DNA of 64,000 bases from Nannocystales bacterium. Its GTDB lineage: Bacteria; Myxococcota_A; Polyangia; Nannocystales; Nannocystaceae. Both the position numbers and the translations under genes were made by a program. Below the pieces are notes generated by a model. The model was given only the letters and a program-made list of their open reading frames with translations. It made no database searches and was not told where the DNA came from. Each line of letters opens with the position of its first letter. Position 1 is the stretch's first letter. This document shows, one piece after another, positions 46,603-55,103 of this stretch. Where the stretch lies: the NCBI GenBank assembly GCA_050633305.1, contig JBOEGF010000015.1:96001-160000 (forward strand), in the 5' to 3' direction.

Positions 46603-47621
46603 GCCGCACCGCCAATCCGGACCGCACGCTGCCCACCACGGCCGTCGAGCTCCCAGCCCCAGCCGGTACCGGTGAGCGAGCCGCCGTGGTCCTTGGCGTA
46701 GGCTTCGGCCTCTGCGGCCGTCTCCAGCTTGGGGCCGCTGCTGGGTGCGAGTCCGGGCTTCGACCTGTTCGGGACCGGCAGTCCGTCACGCAGCATCGGG
46801 TACGGCCACGAGAACGAGATGCCGCCCCACATATCCGCGGGCAGCTCGCCGGACCCGATGCGCCGGGCGAGGTTCTTCGCGACGGTGTGCAGCTCCTCGA
46901 CCGTCGCACCCTGCTCGAGCAACGACAGCATGGTCTTGTCGCCGACGATGAGCTGGCCGAGCTGCGAGCGCCCTGGTGGCGTCGGTCGGCACTCGGGGTC
47001 GTAGGCGACCAGCTCGCGGAACCGGGAGAGCGCGTGTCTCCGGTCGGCCTCGATGTCGGCGCGGGTCTTCGGTGGGCTTGCTGAGCGCGCTCGGGATTTG
47101 GGGGAGCCCCCGCTCCCCTTCTTGTTCCTTGTTCCTCGTTCCTTGTTCCTCGTTCCTGTATGAGCAACCCCTTCGGTGGGGCCTTCGGGAGGGCCTTCGC
47201 CTTCCCCCTCGGAAGGGCCTTCGAGGGCCGGGTCTCCTTTGCGCCCCGAGTAGCGCTCCCAGAATGCCGCCCGAACCTCCGCGGGAAGCACTTCAACGGC
47301 ATTCACGACGCCTTTCCACCCGTTCGGGGTTCGTCCCTGGTGCTTCGCAGCACTGCAGGCCCAGACGATTTCCAGCTCCGGCCACCACCGAATCAGCGGC
47401 TCGGCTCGGTCCTGCATGCGCTTCAAACTTGCTCGGACCTTCGCCGCACTCGCTCCTTTTCCGCAGTCTTTCGCGATTTGGGCGACGCTTTTGCGCATGA
47501 CCCCGGCGATGTTCGACGCGACCACCTGGAAAAACAGGATGTCGCGGTCGATGGATTGCAGGCCCGCGGTGCTCGGGTGGGTGAGGACGTCGGTCCGGAA
47601 CGTGCGGTTCTTGCCTGCCAT
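46599..47621 (-). CDS. Phage replication initiator (lambda O-like layout)
   Basis: Winged-helix-like N-terminus, central repeats, GTRNKE linker. Confidence 0.7.
   Translation of the reverse strand: MAGKNRTFRTDVLTHPSTAGLQSIDRDILFFQVVASNIAGVMRKSVAQIAKDCGKGASAAKVRASLKRMQDRAEPLIRWWPELEIVWACSAAKHQGRTPNGWKGVVNAVEVLPAEVRAAFWERYSGRKGDPALEGPSEGEGEGPPEGPTEGVAHTGTRNKERGTRNKKGSGGSPKSRARSASPPKTRADIEADRRHALSRFRELVAYDPECRPTPPGRSQLGQLIVGDKTMLSLLEQGATVEELHTVAKNLARRIGSGELPADMWGGISFSWPYPMLRDGLPVPNRSKPGLAPSSGPKLETAAEAEAYAKDHGGSLTGTGWGWELDGRGGQRAVRIGGAA
47101..47229. repeat. Iteron-like repeats, putative phage origin
   Basis: (CTYGTTC)x5 at 47121-47155; GGGCCTTCG at 47179, 47191, 47215 in a 12-bp period. Confidence 0.7.
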
Positions 47622-47854
47622 CAGCCCGCCCTCCCGTTCGACAGCTTGGCCAGCTTCAACGCTGCAAGAGCTACCCGCGTGGTCTCCACAGACTTCTCCG
47701 CGGTGGCGTTTGCGATGGCTGCGGCCTTGAGGGCGCTATCCGTCGTGGCAAGGGCATCCTCGGCGGTCCTTCTGTACCTGCGACTGGTCAGCTCGGTGAC
47801 GATCAGGTAGGCCGTGATTCCGACCAAGGCGACGATATCCAGCACGTATTCCAT
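47621..47854 (-). CDS. Small membrane protein
   Basis: N-terminal TM helix; coupled. Confidence 0.6.
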   Translation of the reverse strand: MEYVLDIVALVGITAYLIVTELTSRRYRRTAEDALATTDSALKAAAIANATAEKSVETTRVALAALKLAKLSNGRAG

Positions 47855-48051
47855 CAGCCCGCCCTCCGGACTTCGTGGCCGCGCTCGATGAAGGCCGCAA
47901 TGGCCTCGTCGGGCAGCTCTGTCAGCGGGCCCAGGAGCCCCTGGGCGAGGCTCTGCCCCAGCGGGTCTACAGGGCCGCGCTTGGCGAGAAAACCGGTCAG
48001 GAAGGCGCGCACGTCCTCAGTGCGGCCGGTGGTGGTGTCTTGTTCGCTCAT
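47854..48051 (-). CDS. Phage hypothetical protein
   Basis: GAGGAG RBS; coupled. Confidence 0.55.
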   Translation of the reverse strand: MSEQDTTTGRTEDVRAFLTGFLAKRGPVDPLGQSLAQGLLGPLTELPDEAIAAFIERGHEVRRAG

Positions 48052-48058
48052 CGTGTCG

Positions 48059-48547
48059 TCAACTCCTCGTCCATTCGATGTCTGCGAGCCCTTGGGTCCG
48101 CTCGTCGTAGTGCAGGAACGCCGCACAGACGGCGTCAGCCTCGTGCTCGTCCCGGATGTCCTGGCCGGACCTGTGCGAAGCCCAGGCCGCCATGTCGGCC
48201 TTGCTTGCGCGACCGTGTCCCGTGGTCCTGAGCTTCAGGGATGACGGTGCAATCGTCGTCATGGGGTCCGCTTGATGGGAGACCCCCCACGTCCGCACGG
48301 TGGCCAGATAGCCCCCCGTCACGAGCAGGTTCTGTGTTCCGGTACCCTTGAGTGCGAACTTCGTCTCGCACATGGACGCGTCGACCGGTCCGAGGTCAGC
48401 CAATCTGTGGAACAGCCGGAAGTACCGAAGCCCGGGGTCTTCCCCTTTGGCGTGCACCAGCTCCCAAGTCCCAGAGCAGACCAGTCGGCCGTCCTCTACG
48501 ACTCCGTAGCCGAAGAACTTTCCGGGGTCGAACCCACCGACGCGCAC
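48059..48547 (-). CDS. RuvC-like Holliday junction resolvase
   Basis: GFDPG, P..LK...G.G.A.K..M, HEADA. Confidence 0.88.
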   Translation of the reverse strand: MRVGGFDPGKFFGYGVVEDGRLVCSGTWELVHAKGEDPGLRYFRLFHRLADLGPVDASMCETKFALKGTGTQNLLVTGGYLATVRTWGVSHQADPMTTIAPSSLKLRTTGHGRASKADMAAWASHRSGQDIRDEHEADAVCAAFLHYDERTQGLADIEWTRS

Positions 48548-48551
48548 GGGC

Positions 48552-48890
48552 CTACTCCTCGCCCTTGTCGTTCTTGGCGCGCTTCACCTTGACCGAAGGC
48601 GTGTTGTCCTTGGGCTCGAGGGTCACCTCGAGGTCTCCGTCGGTGTACGCCTTCAGCTTCGCACCCACCATGTACTCGGTGAGCTTCGTCTTCGCGGCCT
48701 TCTCGGTGACGCCCCAGCCGATGCGTTCGTCCCGTGCGTTCTCGTAGGCCTCGGCGAGCTTCTCCAGCTTCGGGTCTCTCTTCGGCTTGGTGCCAGGGAT
48801 CGCCGATTGTCGGGCGGGGGCTCGTCCGCTCTTCTTTGGGGCGGTGGTCTTCTTGGCCGGCGCCTTCTTGGTGGTCTTCTTCGCTGTCAT
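48552..48890 (-). CDS. Lys-rich phage protein
   Basis: Histone-like KKT/KKA N-terminus; ATGA overlap. Confidence 0.6.
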   Translation of the reverse strand: MTAKKTTKKAPAKKTTAPKKSGRAPARQSAIPGTKPKRDPKLEKLAEAYENARDERIGWGVTEKAAKTKLTEYMVGAKLKAYTDGDLEVTLEPKDNTPSVKVKRAKNDKGEE

Positions 48891-49366
48891 CGGTTTCGCT
48901 TTCGGTGTTGGTCTGCGTTCGGGCACGTGGCCCAGTGGGTTTGGAATCGGGGCGTGTCCGCCGGGTCGGTCAGCGGCTCAGAAAGCCGGACTCGTGGCGC
49001 GCCGTTCTCCGTCTGGCCGTCGATGACCCAGCAGCCGTCTTGGCTCGGGTCCGCGCCCATCGGCGTCGACTTGTCGTGGATGGTGACTGCCCACCAGACA
49101 GGCGCGTGGCAGGACTTGCAGGAGACCAGCGCTGCGCCTGCTCTTGCGGCCATGCCCGCGAGCACCTTGGCCATCTTGCGCGCGTCTTCCTCGACCTCCT
49201 CGAGGCTGGCTTCGTAGCCGAGCTCGATCCACAGCTTGGAGGCTGGGTGACCTACGCAAAAGCGTCTGCGCGTACCAACAATGGCGACGTTGGTTTCGCC
49301 GGGAACGATGCGCCCGAAGACCTCCTCGATCAGCTTGCACTTCGCGTGTGGGTCGTTGGTCAGCAT
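48887..49366 (-). CDS. Phage protein with CxxC...HxxxC domain
   Basis: CKSCHAP...HWATC. Confidence 0.6.
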   Translation of the reverse strand: MLTNDPHAKCKLIEEVFGRIVPGETNVAIVGTRRRFCVGHPASKLWIELGYEASLEEVEEDARKMAKVLAGMAARAGAALVSCKSCHAPVWWAVTIHDKSTPMGADPSQDGCWVIDGQTENGAPRVRLSEPLTDPADTPRFQTHWATCPNADQHRKRNR

Positions 49367-49974
49367 GGGAGTTCCAGTTGCTCGGCGTGGGCGGTGGTGG
49401 TGAGAAGTCGTTGTCGGGCTTGGGGTCGCGCTCGCCTCCGCGGTGGCAGTTCAGCCAGCCGAGCGCTCTTGCCAAACCGCAGGAAGCTCTGGCCGCGACG
49501 GTCGAACGACGGTGCTCGACGCGAGCAGCTCACGTGGTGAAGTTCGTACCGGTCCGCGGTGCGCTCATCGGTGGCGCGGCGAATGACCGGGGAGCGGGAC
49601 GGCACCCGCTGGGCTACGACGAGCCAATCGCCGTCGGGGGTCGGTGTGGTGTCCAGCGGCAGGCGTTGGCCCTGCTCGGTGAAGGCCTCGGCCGTCGGGG
49701 CGCCGCACTTCCGGCATGCGGTGTTCGGGAGCTGGCGAAGGTAGAGCCGCTCGCGCTCTTCTTGCTCGAGCGCGCGCGCACGGTGGAGCTCGGCGCGGCG
49801 GTCCGCTTCCCGCTGCTCCTGCTGGCCTTCGTCGATGCGGGCGCGGCAGTCCAAGCGGGTTTGCGCAAGGCCCCACTTCGCCGGGTTCGTGAACACGACG
49901 TCACGGCCGAGCAGCACCTCGTAGTCGCCTGTGGCCACGTGCCGGCGAATGCGGTAGGGGCCTTCCCGCCACAC
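49360..49974 (-). CDS. Phage protein with CxxC...HxxxC domain
   Basis: CRKCGAP...HHVSC. Confidence 0.6.
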   Translation of the reverse strand: MWREGPYRIRRHVATGDYEVLLGRDVVFTNPAKWGLAQTRLDCRARIDEGQQEQREADRRAELHRARALEQEERERLYLRQLPNTACRKCGAPTAEAFTEQGQRLPLDTTPTPDGDWLVVAQRVPSRSPVIRRATDERTADRYELHHVSCSRRAPSFDRRGQSFLRFGKSARLAELPPRRRARPQARQRLLTTTAHAEQLELPC

Positions 49975-49978
49975 ACCG

Positions 49979-50443
49979 CTAGCCCTCCTCCGACGCGGCA
50001 GGAAGCGCCGGCATGGTGAGTGGGTTGCCGGGCACCATTTGCGCCAACCCGGCCCGCATCTCCTCGAAGACGGTGTGGCCGCGCGGGCCCTCGATGGACG
50101 GGAGCCATGCTTGCGCGGGCGCCTCGAGTCCCGCTTCGATGGCTTCGAGTTTGGACTTCACGTACCAGTGCAGCGTTCGATGCAGCCGGTTGGCCTCGCG
50201 CTTCATGTGCGCGTCCTTGTTCCGCGTCGTCCGGCGGACGGGCTGCCCCTGGGTCTCGGGGTCAACAGTCAGTCGCACCATGTGGCGGGTGCCCTGGTCC
50301 TCGACCTCGAACCGAAGCACCGACCTGCCATCGGGCCATGTCGTCCACTGCACGCCGCCGACACCCGACTTCTCGAGCAGCTTGCTGATATCGGCGCGGC
50401 TCTTGGCAACGCTGACCTTCGTGTCACTGTAGGGAAGCGCCAT
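49979..50443 (-). CDS. Phage hypothetical protein
   Basis: GAGGG RBS; coding-like. Confidence 0.65.
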   Translation of the reverse strand: MALPYSDTKVSVAKSRADISKLLEKSGVGGVQWTTWPDGRSVLRFEVEDQGTRHMVRLTVDPETQGQPVRRTTRNKDAHMKREANRLHRTLHWYVKSKLEAIEAGLEAPAQAWLPSIEGPRGHTVFEEMRAGLAQMVPGNPLTMPALPAASEEG

Positions 50444-50446
50444 CGT

Positions 50447-51181
50447 TCAGCCCTCCCCCTCGGTGCCTGGTCGGGTCTTCCAACGACGATCAGAGCCGGG
50501 CAGCCGGGGAAGCATCGTCACCGGCCAGCCGTTCTTGTCCTCCACCTCGTCGATGTCGGATGTCAGCATCCAGAGTCCGTACTGGCGATGGTCTTGCCCG
50601 TTTGGCTTCCCCTTCGCGTTCTTCCCAGGGCCACGAAAACCGATGCCCCCGGGAACCCACAGACACCGTTTCACCCACTTGGCGTTGTCGCGCAGCCAAT
50701 CCGAAGCCTCTTCGCCGCGAACGTTTGCTTCGACCGGAGCGAACAGCCACACGAACGTCGACCAGCAGAGAAAGGTGTCGGCGTAGTCCCGGAACAGCTT
50801 GAAGTCCGGGTTCGTCGCGACCAGGTCGAACCGGAAATCGTCCATCTCGAAGTTCCGGTCCCAGAGGTCCGCGTAGTGGAGTGCGTCACCGATGAGGACG
50901 ACATCGGCGTGGCGGTCCAGGTGGACGGCCTCTTCCTCGCGCTTCTCGATCGCGGTGATGCGGGCGTCGGGCCAGCGCTCGCGCATCCCCGCAGACCAGG
51001 CCCCCGACCCTGCTCCGGGGTCGCAGGCGTGCCGGATATGGCCGTGGAACCCGGGCCCCGCGAGGGAGCACGCGTACTCGAGGCACTGGCGCACAACCGG
51101 CATGGGCGTAAAGTCGGCGCCGTGCTCCCGCAGCCGCTCCTCGTCGAGCACCTCGGGGTGGGTCAGGGCGAAGTCACCCAT
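50447..51181 (-). CDS. DNA amino-methyltransferase-like protein
   Basis: DFTP, DPGAGSG, DLVATNPDF. Confidence 0.75.
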   Translation of the reverse strand: MGDFALTHPEVLDEERLREHGADFTPMPVVRQCLEYACSLAGPGFHGHIRHACDPGAGSGAWSAGMRERWPDARITAIEKREEEAVHLDRHADVVLIGDALHYADLWDRNFEMDDFRFDLVATNPDFKLFRDYADTFLCWSTFVWLFAPVEANVRGEEASDWLRDNAKWVKRCLWVPGGIGFRGPGKNAKGKPNGQDHRQYGLWMLTSDIDEVEDKNGWPVTMLPRLPGSDRRWKTRPGTEGEG

Positions 51182-51515
51182 GCTGGCCCCTCCGAACCCC
51201 GGCGATGAACCGGCCCCACGGGGTCAACTCCGCAGCGGTCGTCTTGAACGTCACCAGGCCGAGGTCGGCGAGGCGTTCGACTTTCGCGAGGCGCTCTCCA
51301 TGGCTGGGCAGGTACTTCGCGATCGCCAGCCGCCCCCGCACGTCTGCGGGCATCGGGATGCGGTCGCCTTCTCCAAGCTCCAGCTCCCGAAGCATCGAGA
51401 GTTCGGGCGCACTGAGGTACACGCCCGCGGCCAGTGCTTCGGCCGCGCGCCGGTCGGCCTCGAGGTCCTCGGGGGCCTTCGGGAAGGCGCTCACAGCTTC
51501 CACCACCTTCGCCAC
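51174..51515 (-). CDS. Phage hypothetical protein, possibly winged helix
   Basis: RLADLGLV...LTPWG. Confidence 0.5.
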   Translation of the reverse strand: MAKVVEAVSAFPKAPEDLEADRRAAEALAAGVYLSAPELSMLRELELGEGDRIPMPADVRGRLAIAKYLPSHGERLAKVERLADLGLVTFKTTAAELTPWGRFIAGVRRGQHG

Positions 51516-51943
51516 TGCTGGGGGAGAACCGTCTCGACGTACGCCCGTCCCGCCTCGTTCTGGAGGTCAGCCGCCTTCACGACCCGGAGCGCAGGGACGG
51601 TGTGCCTCCGCATCTTCCCGTCCTCCCCCTTCGCCATCATGCTGGCGGACCCGGATGAGAGCTTGAACGGCTTGCCCACCCACAGGTCGAGGTTCCCGCC
51701 CAGGTGCCACGCGAGTCGGTACAGGTTCGTCTTGTTGAGAACCCACTGCTTTCGCTCGTCCACGGGACGCTTCTGCATGTGGGCCAGGTCGACGACGAGC
51801 GCCGACTTCTTCCCGCCGCCACCGAGTTGAAGTTGTTCGCGGTTGACGTCGTGGATGTGCAGCGTGGGTGTCTTCCCTCGCAGGTCTGCGGCCTTGAGGT
51901 ACTGACTCGGGAACGCCAGGGTGACGTCGACTTCTTCGAGCAT
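51491..51943 (-). CDS. Putative ssDNA-binding/annealing protein
   Basis: FPSQYLKAADL and LNKTN motifs; coupled to the exonuclease. Confidence 0.5.
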   Translation of the reverse strand: MLEEVDVTLAFPSQYLKAADLRGKTPTLHIHDVNREQLQLGGGGKKSALVVDLAHMQKRPVDERKQWVLNKTNLYRLAWHLGGNLDLWVGKPFKLSSGSASMMAKGEDGKMRRHTVPALRVVKAADLQNEAGRAYVETVLPQQWRRWWKL

Positions 51944-52890
51944 CAGACCTCGACCCCCTTGCCGCCCATCGTCAGTTCGGGCGTTCCCATCGCGAACTCG
52001 ATCTTGTTCAGGATCGGGCCGGGAACGGGCAGTGGGTCTCGCCCTCCGCCAGGTGCACCGGGCTCGAACGCCTTGCGGAAGTCCGCGGCCTCTTCGCAAC
52101 GCTGCAACTCTCCGAGCACCCGGAGCGTCTCGATCTCCCCCCACTGCGCGGCCGGGCTGTCGGGGTAAGTCCAGAACCAGGAGACCTGCGGGTAGCGGGT
52201 CCCCGTCTCGACGAAGATGTGCACCATCGTCGCGTTGCGGCCGAAGACTTGCCGGTACGCTTCGAGGTAGAGCCAGGCCTTGCGCGAGTAGCCGAGCCGT
52301 TCCCAGGCCCACGCGTTCTTCTCGTCCGGAACCGCGCTCTTCGTCGTCTTGAGCTCGACGATGATGTCCCGGTCTGGGATGACGCGGTCGAGCTTGGCGC
52401 GCATGGGTCGGCCGAACTCTTCGACGTTGAAGTGCAGCGCAATCTCGTTGAGGCCCCCTTTGCACGTGAGCAGCTCCATCACAGCCGGATTCGAGCCCAT
52501 TGCGTCTGCCATTGGCTTCACATCGGCCATCTGGTCGAGGGTGACGACCGTCTTGCCGGCTTTCTCCGCGGCAGCTCTCCAAGCCTTGTAGACCTTCGAG
52601 GCCCGGTGAATGCACTTGCCAGGCTTGTCCGGGTCCTCGGGCTCGATGGCGTAGCGCTTCTCGACCTCGTCAGGCTCGAGGCACAGGCAGTGGAACAGCG
52701 ACCCGAACGCCATCGCCGGTGTCGTCTTCTGCTCGAACCGTCCGGCTCGCCACGCTGCGAAGTTCCGAGGGTTGCCCTCGAACAGGTCGAGCGCTGAGCC
52801 GGACAGCCGCTGGCGGTCGGAGTGGTAGGCCGCGTCGCTTTCGTACTCGGCGATGCGGGCGGGTTGGAGTGTTGCCAGGTTGGACGTCAT
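51943..52890 (-). CDS. RecE/exonuclease VIII-like PD-(D/E)XK nuclease
   Basis: YH..LSGS, AMAFGSLFH..LEP, RAKLD...ELKTT. Confidence 0.85.
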   Translation of the reverse strand: MTSNLATLQPARIAEYESDAAYHSDRQRLSGSALDLFEGNPRNFAAWRAGRFEQKTTPAMAFGSLFHCLCLEPDEVEKRYAIEPEDPDKPGKCIHRASKVYKAWRAAAEKAGKTVVTLDQMADVKPMADAMGSNPAVMELLTCKGGLNEIALHFNVEEFGRPMRAKLDRVIPDRDIIVELKTTKSAVPDEKNAWAWERLGYSRKAWLYLEAYRQVFGRNATMVHIFVETGTRYPQVSWFWTYPDSPAAQWGEIETLRVLGELQRCEEAADFRKAFEPGAPGGGRDPLPVPGPILNKIEFAMGTPELTMGGKGVEV

Positions 52891-53156
52891 TTCGTGCTCG
52901 CTTTCCACTGTTGGTGCGCCCGCTCGATGGCGGCCGCGAGTTGTTCGGGGTCTCCGGGCTCCGCGTAGACGGTCGGGTTCGCGATCAGCCACGCCGTCCG
53001 GTCTTCGACCGGCTGGGACCAGTGGTCCGCCGGGACGTCGATCGTGACCGGGATGCCGTTGGTCTCTTGGAGCCCCACGCTTGCCGGCATCTCGGCGAGC
53101 AGCTCGAGTGCCCGCGCGAATCGTTGGGTGCGGGCCGCTGCCTCTGCGACGCTCAC
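52887..53156 (-). CDS. Phage hypothetical protein
   Basis: Coupled on both sides. Confidence 0.55.
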   Translation of the reverse strand: MSVAEAAARTQRFARALELLAEMPASVGLQETNGIPVTIDVPADHWSQPVEDRTAWLIANPTVYAEPGDPEQLAAAIERAHQQWKASTK

Positions 53157-53254
53157 AGGTTCCGCCGCCCTTCGAGGAACAGGGCCAGGAGGACGCCCAG
53201 GACGGCGACGACGGCCAGCACCGCCAACGCGAGATCATCGTTCCACCACGTCAT
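53153..53254 (-). CDS. 33-aa single-TM peptide (absent from the ORF track)
   Basis: MTWWNDDLALAVLAVVAVLGVLLALFLEGRRNL; 4-bp overlaps at both ends. Confidence 0.65.
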   Translation of the reverse strand: MTWWNDDLALAVLAVVAVLGVLLALFLEGRRNL

Positions 53255-53448
53255 GACTGCTCCCCGATCAGGTCGCGGACGGTTTGGTCGTGGGGCTCGC
53301 GGATCCGCCAGCACTTCGCGACGGGCCTCCACTCGCGATGCGTCGCCGGGACCAACTCCCGCAGCTTCGAGATCAGCGCCTGGTCGTACGGACCGATCAG
53401 GACGTAGTGGTCCCCGCGGACCGACTTGTTCAGCCTGTGCGCGCTCAT
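53251..53448 (-). CDS. Stand-alone HARP-like small domain
   Basis: PYDQALISKLR..P...W....K.W.I. Confidence 0.55.
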   Translation of the reverse strand: MSAHRLNKSVRGDHYVLIGPYDQALISKLRELVPATHREWRPVAKCWRIREPHDQTVRDLIGEQS

Positions 53449-53684
53449 CGTCGACCCTCGCAATAGGTGCCGAACCCCGGGGCCTCGGTCGGAGCAGAGT
53501 GTCGGTCGGAGCGATGACCGGGGCCCGGGGTGCGGCGAAGTCGTTTCAGCGTCGTCTCAAGTCGGCGGACGCTTCGGGTGATGTGGCCGACAGCTACGAT
53601 CGTGGCTCGTCGCGCCTCGCGGCAGACCTCGACCGAGTCGGCCTGGTCGTGCAGCTCGTTGCCGTGCAGGTGGTACTCAGGCAT
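53445..53684 (-). CDS. Phage hypothetical protein
   Basis: Start overlaps the end of the integrase gene. Confidence 0.5.
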   Translation of the reverse strand: MPEYHLHGNELHDQADSVEVCREARRATIVAVGHITRSVRRLETTLKRLRRTPGPGHRSDRHSAPTEAPGFGTYCEGRR

Positions 53685-54831
53685 CGAACCCGTCCTCCTG
53701 TCGCAGCGCATTGAGCAGGAAGTCGATCGACTGAGCTGTGCCCTGGTCCGTGTCGACGCCGTTGGGCTTCAGCTTCTCCAGGACATCAACCGGCACGTCG
53801 CGGAGCAGGGAACTCCGAATCAGCAGGTCTCGAAGTGCGCCTAGGTCGACCTTCGGTTGCGGCGCGGCAACGTCCGGCGCGTCCCCGAGCAATCGGTCCG
53901 CCGTTCGCTGCGCAGCTTTGCTCGCCTTCCTCGGCTTCGCGTCGCCGACGTAGCGTCGTGTCGTTCGGATATCGAGATGCCCGAGCATCGTCGCGACGGT
54001 TTCGAGAGGCTCGGTCTCGTGCATCGCCTCCGCGAGCGTGTGCCGTAGGTCGTGCGTAACCGTCCTTGGGTCGATGCCGACCGCAGCGAACGCCGCCTTC
54101 CGGGCCGTGCTGAGGTCGGTGATGTTTCCCTCCGCCCCTTTGCCCGGAAAGAACCAGACCCCATGCTCGGGGAATCCGGGGATGTCGCCGGCGATGATGT
54201 CGTCGAGCAGCTTCGCGCCCTGCCGCGGCACCGGGATTTGTTTGTCGGAGCTTCGGTGAGCTCGGACCTTGTCTTTCGGCAACGTCAGGATCCGGTTGGC
54301 CGAGTCCCAGCAGTGCCGACGGGCGAAACAAGCCTCGCCCGCCCGCATCCCCGTCGACTCGATGAGTAGCAGCGCCGCCGCCGGAACACGGGTGATGCTC
54401 TTCACCTCGAGGTCGAGGTACGTGATGCCCCGCAACAAGCGGAACAGCTCCACCGCCTTGGGCTGCGGAACAGGGCGCCGAACTGGCTTCGGCTGCCTGA
54501 GCAGCTTGATGCTCGACGCCGGGTTGTAGCCGTCGACGATCAGGCCGTTGTTGATGCCGAAGTCGCCTGTTCGCCGCGCCTCTGCCAGCGCGTTCCGCCC
54601 TACGGTTACGCCTTGTTCAGACGCCACACCGGCTTGCATCTGAGCAAGCTCGAAGGGCTTGATGCTTGACCAATGCCGACCCTTGAACCAGGTCAGCAGG
54701 CCGAAGCGCGCATATCGTTGGTACGCCTTGAAAGACGTGTTCTTGAGCAGTCCGTGCTCAACTTGGGCCAGCCGTGCCTGTTCAAAGGCAGCGACCAGCG
54801 ACTCTACGGTCGGTTCTGGGAGCAGTGCCAT
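53677..54831 (-). CDS. int: Tyrosine integrase
   Basis: TGMRAGE, HDLRH, LGH...TT.RY; AGGA RBS; adjacent to attR. Confidence 0.95.
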   Translation of the reverse strand: MALLPEPTVESLVAAFEQARLAQVEHGLLKNTSFKAYQRYARFGLLTWFKGRHWSSIKPFELAQMQAGVASEQGVTVGRNALAEARRTGDFGINNGLIVDGYNPASSIKLLRQPKPVRRPVPQPKAVELFRLLRGITYLDLEVKSITRVPAAALLLIESTGMRAGEACFARRHCWDSANRILTLPKDKVRAHRSSDKQIPVPRQGAKLLDDIIAGDIPGFPEHGVWFFPGKGAEGNITDLSTARKAAFAAVGIDPRTVTHDLRHTLAEAMHETEPLETVATMLGHLDIRTTRRYVGDAKPRKASKAAQRTADRLLGDAPDVAAPQPKVDLGALRDLLIRSSLLRDVPVDVLEKLKPNGVDTDQGTAQSIDFLLNALRQEDGFDA

Positions 54832-55091
54832 CTGGTGTCCTGCGTCCCCCGGGCGGTAGCCGGCTTCTGGCGCTTTCGCGCCGAACGTCAGTGCACTGCT
54901 GTCGGTGTGTGAATCCTGATCTGGACCAACGCTGCTCGGTTGTCCAGGAGTATTTTTCCCGGTACAGGTCGCTAAGTACGCGTGTGTCCGCGATTCAGGA
55001 CGATTCGCCGGGATGGCGTGTGGCGTTCTGCGGGGATGGCATCCCGCGGACTGCTCGGTTGAGGGCCGTTTCGGGGGGCTCTGATCCCGCA

Positions 55092-55102
55092 GATAATGCC
55101 AT
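55092..55102. repeat. attR core
   Basis: GATAATGCCAT preceded by arm CTGATCCCGCA. Confidence 0.85.
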
Positions 55103-55103
55103 A

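Larger units (their letters stand above)
15444..55102 (-). mobile_element. Prophage, about 39.7 kb, siphovirus-like, apparently complete
   Basis: Integrase, recombination, replication, terminase, portal, capsid, tail, tape measure and lysis-like genes between direct repeats. Confidence 0.95.

Noticed and set aside
54774..55103. N-terminal extension of bioF in the ORF track (likewise rsmG to 15557)
   Set aside because: The extensions run into phage DNA beyond the att cores; recognisable motifs start on the host side
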